Shown piece by piece: positions 36,182 to 46,360 of a stretch of DNA of 64,000 nt. Source of the stretch: Eledone cirrhosa (Eukaryota); the NCBI GenBank assembly GCA_964016885.1, contig OZ024744.1, positions 109,120,001-109,184,000 on the forward strand, in the 5' to 3' direction. The notes beneath the pieces were generated by a model. The model searched no databases, had not been told where the DNA came from, and saw only the letters and a program-made list of their open reading frames with translations. Within the stretch, counting starts at the first letter, position 1; each line of letters starts with the position of its first letter. The translations under genes were made by a program, and so were the position numbers.

Positions 36182-37174
36182 TATATATATGTGTGTGTGC
36201 TGTGTACTCCTCCTGGGCCGTGTCCATTCAACTTGTGGTGCATTAACAGGAATGATGATAATTATGTCTTATATAACATTTTAATACAGCAATGGAAAGG
36301 GGAGGTCAGTTTTGAATACAGTTATAGAATGGTGGAGAGAGTTAGAGGGTTGAATACAGTGCTGTGGGTTAATGTTGAATGCTGAGGGGGGGATATGGTG
36401 TGAAGAGTGTGGGGAGGATGTTAATTTTGAATAGAGTCGTTAAGAAGGGAAGAGGGGAGTGTATCAATTTTAAATTAAAAGTATATTTTCAGAATTGGTT
36501 TTGTTTTGTATTCTGTCAGTTAGAAATTCTAAATTGATACAATGGATGTTTTTATCATTAACCAAAATTTAATTTGGGTGATATATGGTGGGGGCTGTTA
36601 GCAAGGTGGGTGTGAGCTAAAATTAAAATTTGGTTATAAAAAAAATATTTGAAAATTGAAATTCTTTTTCCAGCTTTAAAGAAAATATTTTAATTTTGCT
36701 TTATCCAAAATAAATCTTAGTTTTTTTTTTTTTTTTTTACATAATTTCAAATGTTAGATTGAATTTTAAAATGTCCTCCATCAATCCTTGGAAAATATGA
36801 AATAGTATTTTAATTAGGATATTTCTCAACTTTCAAGAAATTACACTCATTACTCTCCATAAATAAACAAGTTGTATTGCTATATATTATATATTTTTTG
36901 GACAAGAGATTCTGTAGAATCTGTCACACACACAAACATGTATATATGTATATGTATGTACGCACATATATTCCGTCCAACCCATGCAAGCATTGTAAAA
37001 CAGATGTAAAAGCAATGATGATGATGATGATGATATATATATATGGATTTTTTTTTCATGGTGCAGTAAACTCCACGGGTGAAGGCAGCTTAGATGTGAG
37101 TCAGAGGTATCCTCAGCAAGTTAAAAATCTGGCTTTGTATTGAACCTGAACCTCAAGATCATGGGTTTGGCTAC

Positions 37175-37460
37175 ACAGGTGGTGGAGACAGAAGAATTGG
37201 GAGGAGGTGAAGTTGAGGTAGGAGTGGGAGATGGGTTTGAAGAAGGCTAAGGTGTGGAGGGAGGGATCAATAGAAACAGAGATGTCCAAGAAGTGGATAG
37301 TAGTAGTGGAGATTTAGGTGGTCAAGTGACGAGTGGTGATAGGAGTAGAAGAAAGGGAGGAAGGAGTGAAACTATGCCTGGGTGCTGGGTGAGTGTGATG
37401 GTGGAAATACAGTTGTTAATATAATGGCCATATAGCTGGGGGAGGTATGGATGTGATGTT
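37175..37460 (-). pseudogene. Decayed Penelope-like RT fragment (catalytic motif to thumb)
   Basis: Minus-strand translation: PQLYGHYINNCIS (from LYxRYIDDC) ... ISTTTIHFLDISVSID ... FFKPISHSYLNFTSS ... QFFCLHHLCS. Confidence 0.7.
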
Positions 37461-38140
37461 AATGATGTCTGAGTGAGTGTGATGGTGGAAATACAGTTGT
37501 TAATATAATGGCCATATAGCTGGGGAAGGTATGGATGTGTGATGTTAATGATGTATGGGTGAGTGTGATGGTGGAAATACAGTTGTTAATATAATGGCCA
37601 TATAGCTGGGGGAGGTATGGATGTGATGTTAATGATGTCTGGGTGAGTGTGATGGTGGAAATACAGTTGTTAATATAATGGCCATATAGCTGGGGAAGGT
37701 ATGGATGTGATGTTAATGATGTATGGGTGAGTGTGATGGTGGAAATACAGTTGTTAATATAATGGCCATATAGCTGGGGAAGGTATGGATGTGATGTTAA
37801 TGATGTCTGGGTGAGTGTGATGGTGGCAATACAGTTGTTAATATAATGGCCATATAGCTGGGGAAGGTATGGATGTGTGATGTTAATGATGTCTGGGTGA
37901 GTGTGATGGTGGAAATACAGTTGTTAATATAATGGCCATATAGCTGGGGAAGGTATGGATGTGATGTTAATGATGTCTGGGTGAGTGTGATGGTGGAAAT
38001 ACAGTTGTTAATATAATGGCCATATAGCTGGGGAAGGTATGGATGTGATGTTAATGATGTCTGGGTGAGTGTGATGGTGGCAATACAGTTGTTAATATAA
38101 TGGCCATATAGCTGGGGAAGGTATGGATGTGATGTTAATA
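37391..38140. repeat. 84-86 bp minisatellite, ~9 copies
   Basis: Unit gagtgtgatggtggaaatacagttgttaatataatggccatatagctgggg.aggtatggatgtgatgttaatgatgtct. Confidence 0.95.
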
Positions 38141-38734
38141 TGTATCAACAGAGAATTATGAATGGGTTGAGAGAAAAACTTAGTAAAAGAAGAATTATAG
38201 GTGGTGTGCAAGAGAGAAGATGTCACTTGACCATGTGATGTATTTAGATGATGATCATTGGCTGAAAAAGTGCCAGGCATTCCAGGTGGAAGGAAGCTGC
38301 AGTAGAGGAAGACCGCATAAAGGTGATGTGAACTAATCCTATGAAACTACACCTCACAAAGAAAATAGAGCCAATTTAAGCAGCTGTACTGATAGTGGTG
38401 TTGGTGGCGGTGGGGGTAATGGTGTTGAGGGGAATGAATGCACAAGAAGCGGAAGGGATATATAAGATATTACATAGTTATACTATGTAGCTCCATGTTG
38501 TATCAATCACTTGTTACTGATTAATAGTTCAAAGAACCCCATCAACAGATCCACTTGCTCCGACAAAAGTAGTTCTGCCAAATTTTCATTTCATCTATTT
38601 ATTTATTTGTTCATTTCTTTGTTTATTTGTATGTATGTATGTCTCCCGACCAATCCCACATGAAATGGAACAAAACTGTCTAACCCATGCTAGCGTGGAA
38701 GATGGACGTTAAACGATGATGATGATGATGATGA

Positions 38735-38770
<36 letters not shown>

Positions 38771-38772
<2 letters not shown>

Positions 38773-39120
38773 GGATGCACATGGCTTAGTGGTTAGAGCA
38801 TTGGCCTTGCAATCGAAAGGTTGTGAGTTCAATTCTCAGACCGAGTGATGTGTTGTTTCCTTGAGCAAGACACTTTATTTCACATTGCTCCAGTTTACTC
38901 AGCTGTAGAAATGAGATGATAGGGACTGGGGTCCTTATCATTCCACTGCAAAGTGGTCGTGGAGGTGCCACGGCAGAAAAGCACCCAGCACTCACTGTAA
39001 ATGAGGTTGGTGTTAGGAAGGGCATCCAGCTGTAGAAATCAAGCCACAATCAGTTCCCGTCCCACCCTTGCAAGCAGGGAAAAAGCGGACGTTAAATGAA
39101 ATGATGATGATGATGATGAT
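38771..39120 (+). mobile_element. tRNA-derived CORE-type SINE with RTE-derived 3' tail
   Basis: A box TGGCTTAGTGG, B box GAGTTCAATTC, CORE-like ccttgagcaagacactttatttcac, RTE tail and (ATG)n. Confidence 0.85.
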
Positions 39121-39288
39121 ATATTTATTTAATTAAGAGACGAAACTTATCAAATGGAATGGACACAGCTTCAGTCAGTCCCTCACTCAATAATTAAGTC
39201 CATATTACCAAAATTCAAACCCAGCTGATTAGAGTGTACACATTCGTTAATCAGTGAGGAAGATGACTTCGGTAGGAAAATTGAGATA

Positions 39289-39419
39289 CCTGGACCGGTG
39301 CATCAGTTTCTATGATTACAATCTGCTGGCAATGTTCTGAGTGGAACAACCATGTACAGAATATTAGGTAATGTTAATATACGTTACGTAATTTGGCAGT
39401 TAACCGCGTCATCAGCAGG
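39289..39419 (-). ncRNA. Type I hammerhead with very long (~98 nt) stem II insert
   Basis: Minus strand: cctg CTGATGA [cgcggttaactgc...gcagattgtaatcata] GAAA ctgatgcaccg GTC^cagg. Stem I cctg/cagg; stem III near-palindromic. Confidence 0.65.
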
Positions 39420-39861
39420 AATTCGCCTCCCTATAATGGAAAGTTCATATATATATATGTGTGTGTGTGTGCAAGGTACGGCACGGCTATCAGGCCAGAC
39501 TTGCCTCATAACAGGACCTCCCAGCTCCAAACTGAAAATGTGGTTGTTGTGAGGAAGGGCATCCAGCTGTGAAAATCCTAGCCAAATTTACAGTTCTGTT
39601 TGAGCTAGGCATAATGTGGCCAGCTGGCCAGACTTGTCTCTAAATGTGGACGACCCATCTAACCCATGCAAGCATAGAAAATAGTAATTAAACAGTGGTG
39701 ATGATGATTATGATGATGATATATATATTTATGAATGTATGTATAGTATATTTGGTAATATACCGTATGTTTAATTAAAAACAGTTTGAAGACCTTGCGC
39801 TATCATTTTAAAGTAGTGACTATGTCACTTACTTCTTTTTTCAGCAAAGGGAGGGAGAGAA

Positions 39862-39902
39862 GCTGACAGATTCTGTTTCACACTGTTGGTGTTCCTCAGA
39901 GC
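39862..39902 (-). ncRNA. Type I hammerhead ribozyme (copy 1 of tandem retrozyme-like unit)
   Basis: Minus strand: gct CTGAGGA acac-caaca-gtgt GAAA cag-aat-ctg TC^agc. All three stems pair; GUC cleavage triplet. Confidence 0.88.
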
Positions 39903-40169
39903 AACATACTCCCCGACCTCTGCTGAAAATTATAGAGGCTGGATTCTTATAGAATTCCAGTAATAATCAGGAACAATTAATAATCAAGAGCAATTGCCGG
40001 TCCAGCATTAAAAAAATTAGGATTGGTGCTCTGAAATAGCGATGTATACATGAATGTATGTATAGTATATTTGGTAATATACCGTATGTTTAATTAAAAA
40101 CCTTGCGCTATCATTTTAAAGTAGTGACTATGTCACTTACTTCTTTTTTCGGCAAAGGAAGAGAGAGAA

Positions 40170-40210
40170 GCTGACAGATTCTGTTTCACACTGTTGGTGA
40201 TCCTCAGAGC
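40170..40210 (-). ncRNA. Type I hammerhead ribozyme (copy 2 of tandem retrozyme-like unit)
   Basis: Minus strand: gct CTGAGGA tcac-caaca-gtgt GAAA cag-aat-ctg TC^agc. One U-U mismatch at the base of stem II. Confidence 0.82.
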
Positions 40211-40578
40211 AATGTACTCCCCGACCTCTGCCATACGGTATATTGCCAAATATACTATACTCTGTTGATATATGCTGCTATATAAAAGTTATAGTAAAGT
40301 ACTTTCATTGGACTTAATATTTATTTCTCCACTTCCAGTATTATAGTGGAGATAGGAGGTAAAGGAGCCTTTGAACACGGTTTGAAGAGGGAGAGAGCCC
40401 TTCAAAATGGTTGGGGAAAGGAGCCCTTGGGAGAGGTCAAAATTGGACCCCGAAACCTAAAGTCACACATACATGTTAAGTGTATGAAATTCTAAATATA
40501 CTATATATTCAGACTTGTATATGCACTCGTATGCCTGATTATAAATTAAATTTTCTGTTATATTTTCTGTCCTTCTAG

Positions 40579-40695
40579 GAAACATAGAATATTCCTGTCC
40601 AGCCAACAGTGACTGTGAAATAACAAAACGAAGACGAAAAGCTTGTCAGGCGTGTCGATTTCAAAAATGTTTAAGTGTAGGCATGCTACGAGAAG
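40579..40695 (+). CDS. ERR: Internal coding exon of an estrogen-related receptor (NR3B/ERR): second zinc finger of the DNA-binding domain
   Basis: Polypyrimidine tract and acceptor (ttttctgtccttctAG), donor gaag|GTttgt, 117 nt, phase 1/1. Translates (G)[39 protein letters not shown]. The D-box CPANSDC and [14 protein letters not shown] motifs are ERR-type; 117 nt is the known size of this exon in ER/ERR genes. Too short for the ORF track. Confidence 0.95.
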
Positions 40696-40722
40696 GTTTG
40701 TACATACTTTTTATATATTTAT

Positions 40723-40998
40723 AAACAGCCTTATTATTCTGGCTTTTTTATGATCATCGTCATCCGTTCATTCTAGCAGTGGCACCAAGGAACAGTCAAC
40801 ATGTTTCTGGGTTATTGCCCTTTGTCAAGACTGTATCTCTCTACCACTCATTTTAAGTGTTGAAAGTATATTTTTTTAAAAGTAGCCTCATGTTACTGGG
40901 TTATAACCCCAGAAACATGTTGACTGTTCCTCAATACCACTGCTAGAACGATTGGATGATGATTGTCATTAAAAAAACATAGCGTAATGAGGCTGTTT
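40723..40998. repeat. Imperfect inverted repeat (~90-nt arms, ~88-nt spacer)
   Basis: aaacagcc...ttctagcagtgg...ggaacagtcaacatgtttctggg (40723-40814) mirrored by cccagaaacatgttgactgttcc...ccactgctagaa...ggctgttt (40903-40998). Confidence 0.9.
40792..40834 (-). ncRNA. Decayed hammerhead within an inverted repeat next to the ERR exon
   Basis: Minus strand: acagtc tTGAcaA a-ggg-caataa-ccc-a GAAA catgtt^gactgt. 6-bp stem I is perfect; CUGANGA is mutated at two positions. Confidence 0.55.
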
Positions 40999-41012
40999 GC
41001 TTGCAAACAGAT

Positions 41013-41130
41013 CGAACGCTGAGGTTAACTTTACCTTTTATCCTTACGGGGGTCGGTCAATAAAATAAAGTACCAGTAATGCACTGGGGTAATTGCTGGC
41101 CTTGTGCCAAATGTAGAAACAGTTATTATT
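41013..41130 (+). mobile_element. Meta-type SINE (5'-truncated)
   Basis: Core and tail only. Confidence 0.8.
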
Positions 41131-41712
41131 CAATATAAAACTCATAAATGCATGTAAGTAATCCTTTATGTGAGGGTGAGAAATGAAATTCTAATTTTGT
41201 TTTTTTTTTATATTTTTTCCTTTTATTTAATTCTAGCAGTTATTAAATTTCTCGAGTGAAGAAAGAAAGAAATGATAAATAAATAAATAAATTATTGCAT
41301 CATATCCTCATAAAAAAATATAGGTTTATGTGTTAACATTCATGATATGGTGTCGGGTTTCATTCTCTGTGTCTACCCCTCTCTCTCTCTCACCCTTTCC
41401 CTCTCTCTCACCCTCTCTCTACCCCAACCCCCTCTCTCCTCCTCTCTCTAACCCCACCCCCTCTCTCTCTCTCTCATGTTTTCTTACCATAGCATCATGC
41501 TGACCCAAATTTTGTGACTATTTTATACTTGAATAAACATAAACTGTGGCAACCCATTAGGTAGACTGTACCTGTAATTAAAGGGGGCCCTTGTCACATA
41601 TTTTCATATTGATTCCACTTGGAAACTACACTAACAGTACATGTCCTTGGAATACTCAGCCACTAACACTATAGTACGAGCTTTGTAATTCAAAGATACA
41701 GCCTTGTCCCAC

Positions 41713-42016
41713 ATGTCTGTGGAATACTCAGCCACTTACACTATAGTACAGCCTCGTTACTATGTCACACTGAATCTCCCTGAGAAGTATGTCTGTGGAA
41801 TACTCAGCCACTTACACTATAGTACAGCCTCGTTACTATGTCACACTGAATCTCCCTGAGAAGTATGTCTGTGGAATACTCAGCCACTTACACTAGAGTA
41901 CAGCCTCGTTACTATGTCACAGTGAATCTCCCTGAGAAGTATGTCTGTGGAATACTCAGCCACTTACACTATAGTACAGCCTCATTACTATGTCACACTG
42001 AATCTCCCTGAGAAGT
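41713..42016. repeat. 76-bp tandem repeat, 4 copies
   Basis: Unit atgtctgtggaatactcagccacttacactatagtacagcctcgttactatgtcacactgaatctccctgagaagt. Confidence 0.93.
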
Positions 42017-43820
42017 ATGTGTGTGTTTGTGTAGATGTATGTATGTGTGTTTGTATAGATGTATGTGTGTGTTTGTATAGATGTATGTATGTATGTGTGT
42101 GTTTGTATAGATGTATGTATGTATGTGTGTTTGTATAGATGTATGTATGTGTGGGTGTTTGTATAGATATATGTATGTGTGTGTGTGTTTGTATAGATGT
42201 ATGTATGTGTGTGTGTTTGTATAGATGTATGTATGTGTGTGTGTGTTTGTATAGATGTATGTATGTGTGTGTGTTTGTATAGATGTATGTATGTGTGTGT
42301 GTTTTGTATAGATGTATGTATGTGTGTGTGTTTGTATAGATGTATGTATGTATGTGTGTGTTTGTATAGATGTATGTATGTGTGTGTATTCGTATAGATC
42401 TATGTGTGTGTTTGTATAGATGTATGTATGTGTGTGTATTTGTATAGATGTATGTGTGTGTTTGTATAGATGTATGTATGTGTGTTTGTATAGATGTATG
42501 TGTGTGTTTGTATAGATATATGTATGTGTGTGTGTTTGTATAGATGTATGTATGTGTGTGTGTGTTTGTATAGATGTATGTATGTGTGTGTGTGTTTGTA
42601 TAGATGTATGTATGAGTGTGTTTGTATAGATGTATGTATGTGTGTGTTTGTATAGATGTATGTATGTATGTGTGTTTGTATAGATGTATGTATGTGTGTG
42701 TGTGTTTGTATAGATGTATTTATGTGTGTGTGTGTTTGTATAGATGTATTTATGTGTGTGTGTGTTTGTATAGATGTATGTATGTGTGTGTGTATTTGTA
42801 TAGATGTATGTGTGTGTTTGTATAGATGTATGTATGTGTGTTTGTATAGATGTATGTATGTGTGTTTGTATAGATGTATTTATGTATGTATGTGTGTGTT
42901 TGTATAGATGTATGTGTGTGTTTGTATAGATGTATGTATGTGTGTGTTTGTATGTATGTATGTGTGTTTGTATAGATGTATGTGTGTGTGTTTGTATAGA
43001 TGTATGTATGTATGAGTGTGTTTGTATAGATGTATGTATGTGTGTTTGTATAGATGTATGTGTGTGTTTGTATAGATGTATGTGTGTGTGTGTTTGTATA
43101 GATGTATGTATGTATGTGTGTTTGTATAGATGCATGTATGTGTGTGCGTTTGTATAGATGTATATATTTATGTGTGTGTTTGTATAGATGTATGTATGTG
43201 TGTGTGTTTGTATAGATGTATGTATGTATGTGTGTGTTTGTATAGATGTATGTATGTGTGTGTGTGTTTGTATAGATGTATGTATGTATGTGTGTGTTTG
43301 TATAGATGTATGTATGTATGTGTTTGTATAGATGTATGTATGTGTGTGTGTTTGTATAGATGTATGTATGTATGAGTGTGTTTGTATAGATGTATGTATG
43401 AGTGTGTTTGTATAGATGTATGTATGTATGTGTGTTTGTATAGATGTATGTGTGTGTTTGTATAGATGTATGTATGTGTGTGTGTGTTTGTATAGATGCA
43501 TGTATGTATGTGTGTTTGTATAGATGTATGTATGTGTGTGCGTTTGTATAGATGTATATATTTATGTGTGTGTTTGTATAGATGTATGTATGTGTGTGTG
43601 TTTGTATAGATGTATGTATGTATGTGTGTGTTTGTATAGATGTATGTATGTGTGTGTGTTTGTATAGATATATGTATGTATGTGTGTTGGTATAGATGTA
43701 TGTATGTGTGTGTTTGTATAGATGTATGTATGTGTGTGTTTGTATAGATGTATGTATGTATGTGTGTGTTTGTATAGATGTATGTATGTGTGTGTGTGTG
43801 TTTGTATAGATGTATGTATC
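42017..43820. repeat. Compound microsatellite array (gtttgtatagatgtatgtatgtgt)n
   Basis: Direct inspection. Confidence 0.95.
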
Positions 43821-43894
43821 TAGCCATGTGGTGGGGTTAGCTGGAGTTATGCAACTATCAACTACGTAAGTGGGGGAAAATTTTATCTTATAAT

Positions 43895-44825
43895 TATAAT
43901 AATAATGAATTTATTGTGTACAGTACTCAGGTGCACTACAACTCAACAAAGGTGCATGTATAGCACATAGAATAATGTACTAATGTCAGGAAAATGAACA
44001 GTATATGAGTCATAATATACACACAGATACATGTATATGTGTGTATGGAAGGGGGGATATCAGGTATAGTATGGGCAAATCTCAGGAAGCATGGAGGCCT
44101 TAAAGGATGCAGTGTCTCGACAGTTAACAACTGATGCAGGTAGTTTGTTCCATGCTTCAGCAACTCTGAGTGTGGGAAAATGTTTCCAAAAGTCATGGGA
44201 GCTGTGCTGTTTTCTGACTTTGTGGGCATGCCCACATGTGTTAGACACATGGAATTCAAAAAGGTTTTCATGGTTGTTGTTGGCAAGATGGTTAGTAATT
44301 TTGTGGGTGTTTACCAAGTCAGTTGCCAGACGTCGGAGCTTCAATGAATCCATGCCCAGGGAAGCAAGGCGCTCAGAGTATGGTAGATGCCTGATGGAGG
44401 GTATTCGCTTGGTTGCATATCTCTGAACAGTTTCCAGGTCAATGTTCTGAGCAAGATAGGGGTTCCAGGCTGGTGATGCAAATTCTAAGTGTGGCCACAC
44501 CATAGCTATATACATCTTTAAATAAAGAGCTGGAGAGCGGCTGACAAAGGTCTTACTGAGTGATGCTAAGACACCATCAGCTTTCTTAACAATTTTAGAG
44601 ATATGCTTTGTCCAATGCAAATCACTGTTGACAGTAATGCCCAGGTCACATTCACCAGAAGACTCCTTGAGATTGGTGTTGTGGAGGGAGTATGTGGACG
44701 CTGGCTTTTTCCTCTCAAAATGCATGGTGGTACACTTGTCCAGAGCCAGCTTCAGTTGCTAGTGCATGATCCATTGTTGCATTGTGTCCAGGTCTGATTG
44801 CAGGAAAGATCTCTAGTGTTCTTAG
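43895..44825 (-). mobile_element. CR1-type LINE 3' end (same family as 19460-20945)
   Basis: DLGITV, V.PHLEFASPAWNPY, LETVQRYATK, YSERL..L...SL..RRL, RVAEAWNKLP; (TAA)n tail; shares ~170 nt with 19460-19632. Confidence 0.9.
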
Positions 44826-45761
44826 ACTTATATTACCAATTCAGAATCATTTATGTGCTAGAAATAGCATGCAATGGTTCAAACCATCTTGAAAAAAAGG
44901 ACACATAAAAGAATGTTGTCCTCTAGATATGACTGTCCCTGCTGGAATGCATGAGTCTGACCTGGGTCTAAACTATAAAATAGTGACACTATAAAAGATT
45001 TCAAAATTCTGAATCCTTGGATGGGCATCATCCCGTTGATGGTGTTTACAGTTCATCATAATAAATTACAAAAGAGTCTTTATGCAATCCAGTCACTTGA
45101 AATTGTTGCCCTTTTAGTCGAGGTAGAGAAGAGCAATGCCCATGACACTTTTGAGGGCTTTTGAGACAGGGGAGATAGGAGGAGGTCTCTTCAACTCCCA
45201 GAGATTGCACCTGAATACTTGCAACAGTGGATTCTGCTAGACAGCCAAGGGTGTCATGCAGTAATGTTAAGTTAGGTGATGAATTAAGTCTACCACCTAC
45301 TGAATAGCAGTCAGATCTTCCTCAAAACCCAGCCTAATGACTAAAAAAAATGAAAGGACACATTCAATAATGTGATCGGCGATACCACTAAAAGGAGAGA
45401 ATGGTCCTCATTAGCATGTCTTTGACCATACATAGGTTTTGCTCATCCTGGGGATGGACAACAACAACATCACATCATAAGAAGGAAAGAACTTCAGGTT
45501 TCCCCCTTCAGGGGGAAAGGCCGCTATTATTAAATCCAACTCCGCAGTCACCTAGGACACACCTCAAAGAGGTACATTATTGAACCTTAAAAAACTCATA
45601 GCTTTATATAAATTTCTATAATTAAATTAAAAAGCAATATTCCTTTGCATGGTTTCATCTATGGATATCAGTAATTATGTGAAAAGCAATTGCTTCCTGT
45701 ATGTATGTATGTATGTATGTGTGTATGTATGTATATGTCAGGTCAGCAGTTGGTGCTACTG

Positions 45762-46360
45762 GTAACATGTATCCCAGTACAACCTGTCTCATGGTCGGGT
45801 CTTTGGCGACTAAACTGGAAACCCCACCAAGGTTTCTTGGTGAGGAGGATGACTTTGGACATCCTGCAGGACTAAAAACAAAACCTGTCAAAGGGCAAAG
45901 GAGCTCTTAAGACTCAATAGCCATCCAAAATCACCGGGAGAGATGACCCCTTAGCCTTTGTCAAGGCAGAATTCTAGGAGAAGGAAAACTCTGATATAAC
46001 ACCTGCAACCCTGATGGTATCCAATGATGTTGACTTGTTCTTCTTTTTGGTAAATATCATCTTGGTTAAGAGAGTGGGACTGGCTTTGTGCAGTGCCTTT
46101 GCTCACTATAAAAGCTTCACGGCACAGGCATTGCTTTATATCTGGAGATCTCTCTGCACTTGTCGTCACATGGTACCATGGGCCTAGCACTATGTGTCAA
46201 TAATTGTCACAAGTGTAGTGTTTGTACCAGAATTTTTAAGTCGCTGGCTGGACTAAAAAGTCACACTTGTTCAGCGCATCGGTAGGGGTTCTCCTACATG
46301 GATATAAAGTAGTGGCCGTACTCGAAAACGAGTTGGCAACCACCATGTATGTATGTATGC
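45762..46360 (+). mobile_element. Short internally deleted (bipartite) non-autonomous RTE-derived element, copy 1
   Basis: RTE-like 5' UTR motifs (ggcgactaaactgg, ctaggagaaggaaaactctga) joined to a C-terminal C2H2 finger remnant (HKCSVCTRIFKSLAGLKSH...AH*) and an (ATGT)n tail. Confidence 0.7.

Larger units (their letters stand above)
39731..40260 (-). mobile_element. Non-coding tandem hammerhead element (retrozyme-like or non-autonomous Penelope pLTR array)
   Basis: Direct repeats 39731-39923 and 40050-40231, each with a hammerhead, separated by a spacer at 39924-40049. 40232-40260 is an inverted copy of the element's other end (gtatagtatatttgg.aatataccgtatg). Confidence 0.75.

Noticed and set aside
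38771-38850. tRNA-like A and B boxes
   Set aside because: SINE head continuing into a CORE domain and RTE tail; not a tRNA gene. The same applies to the Meta-type SINE heads.
40425-40470. ggtc..gacc ccGAAAC ctaaa GTC
   Set aside because: No CUGANGA box and no stem I pairing.
41993-43827. 502-aa His/Thr/Tyr ORF
   Set aside because: Compound TG/TA microsatellite.
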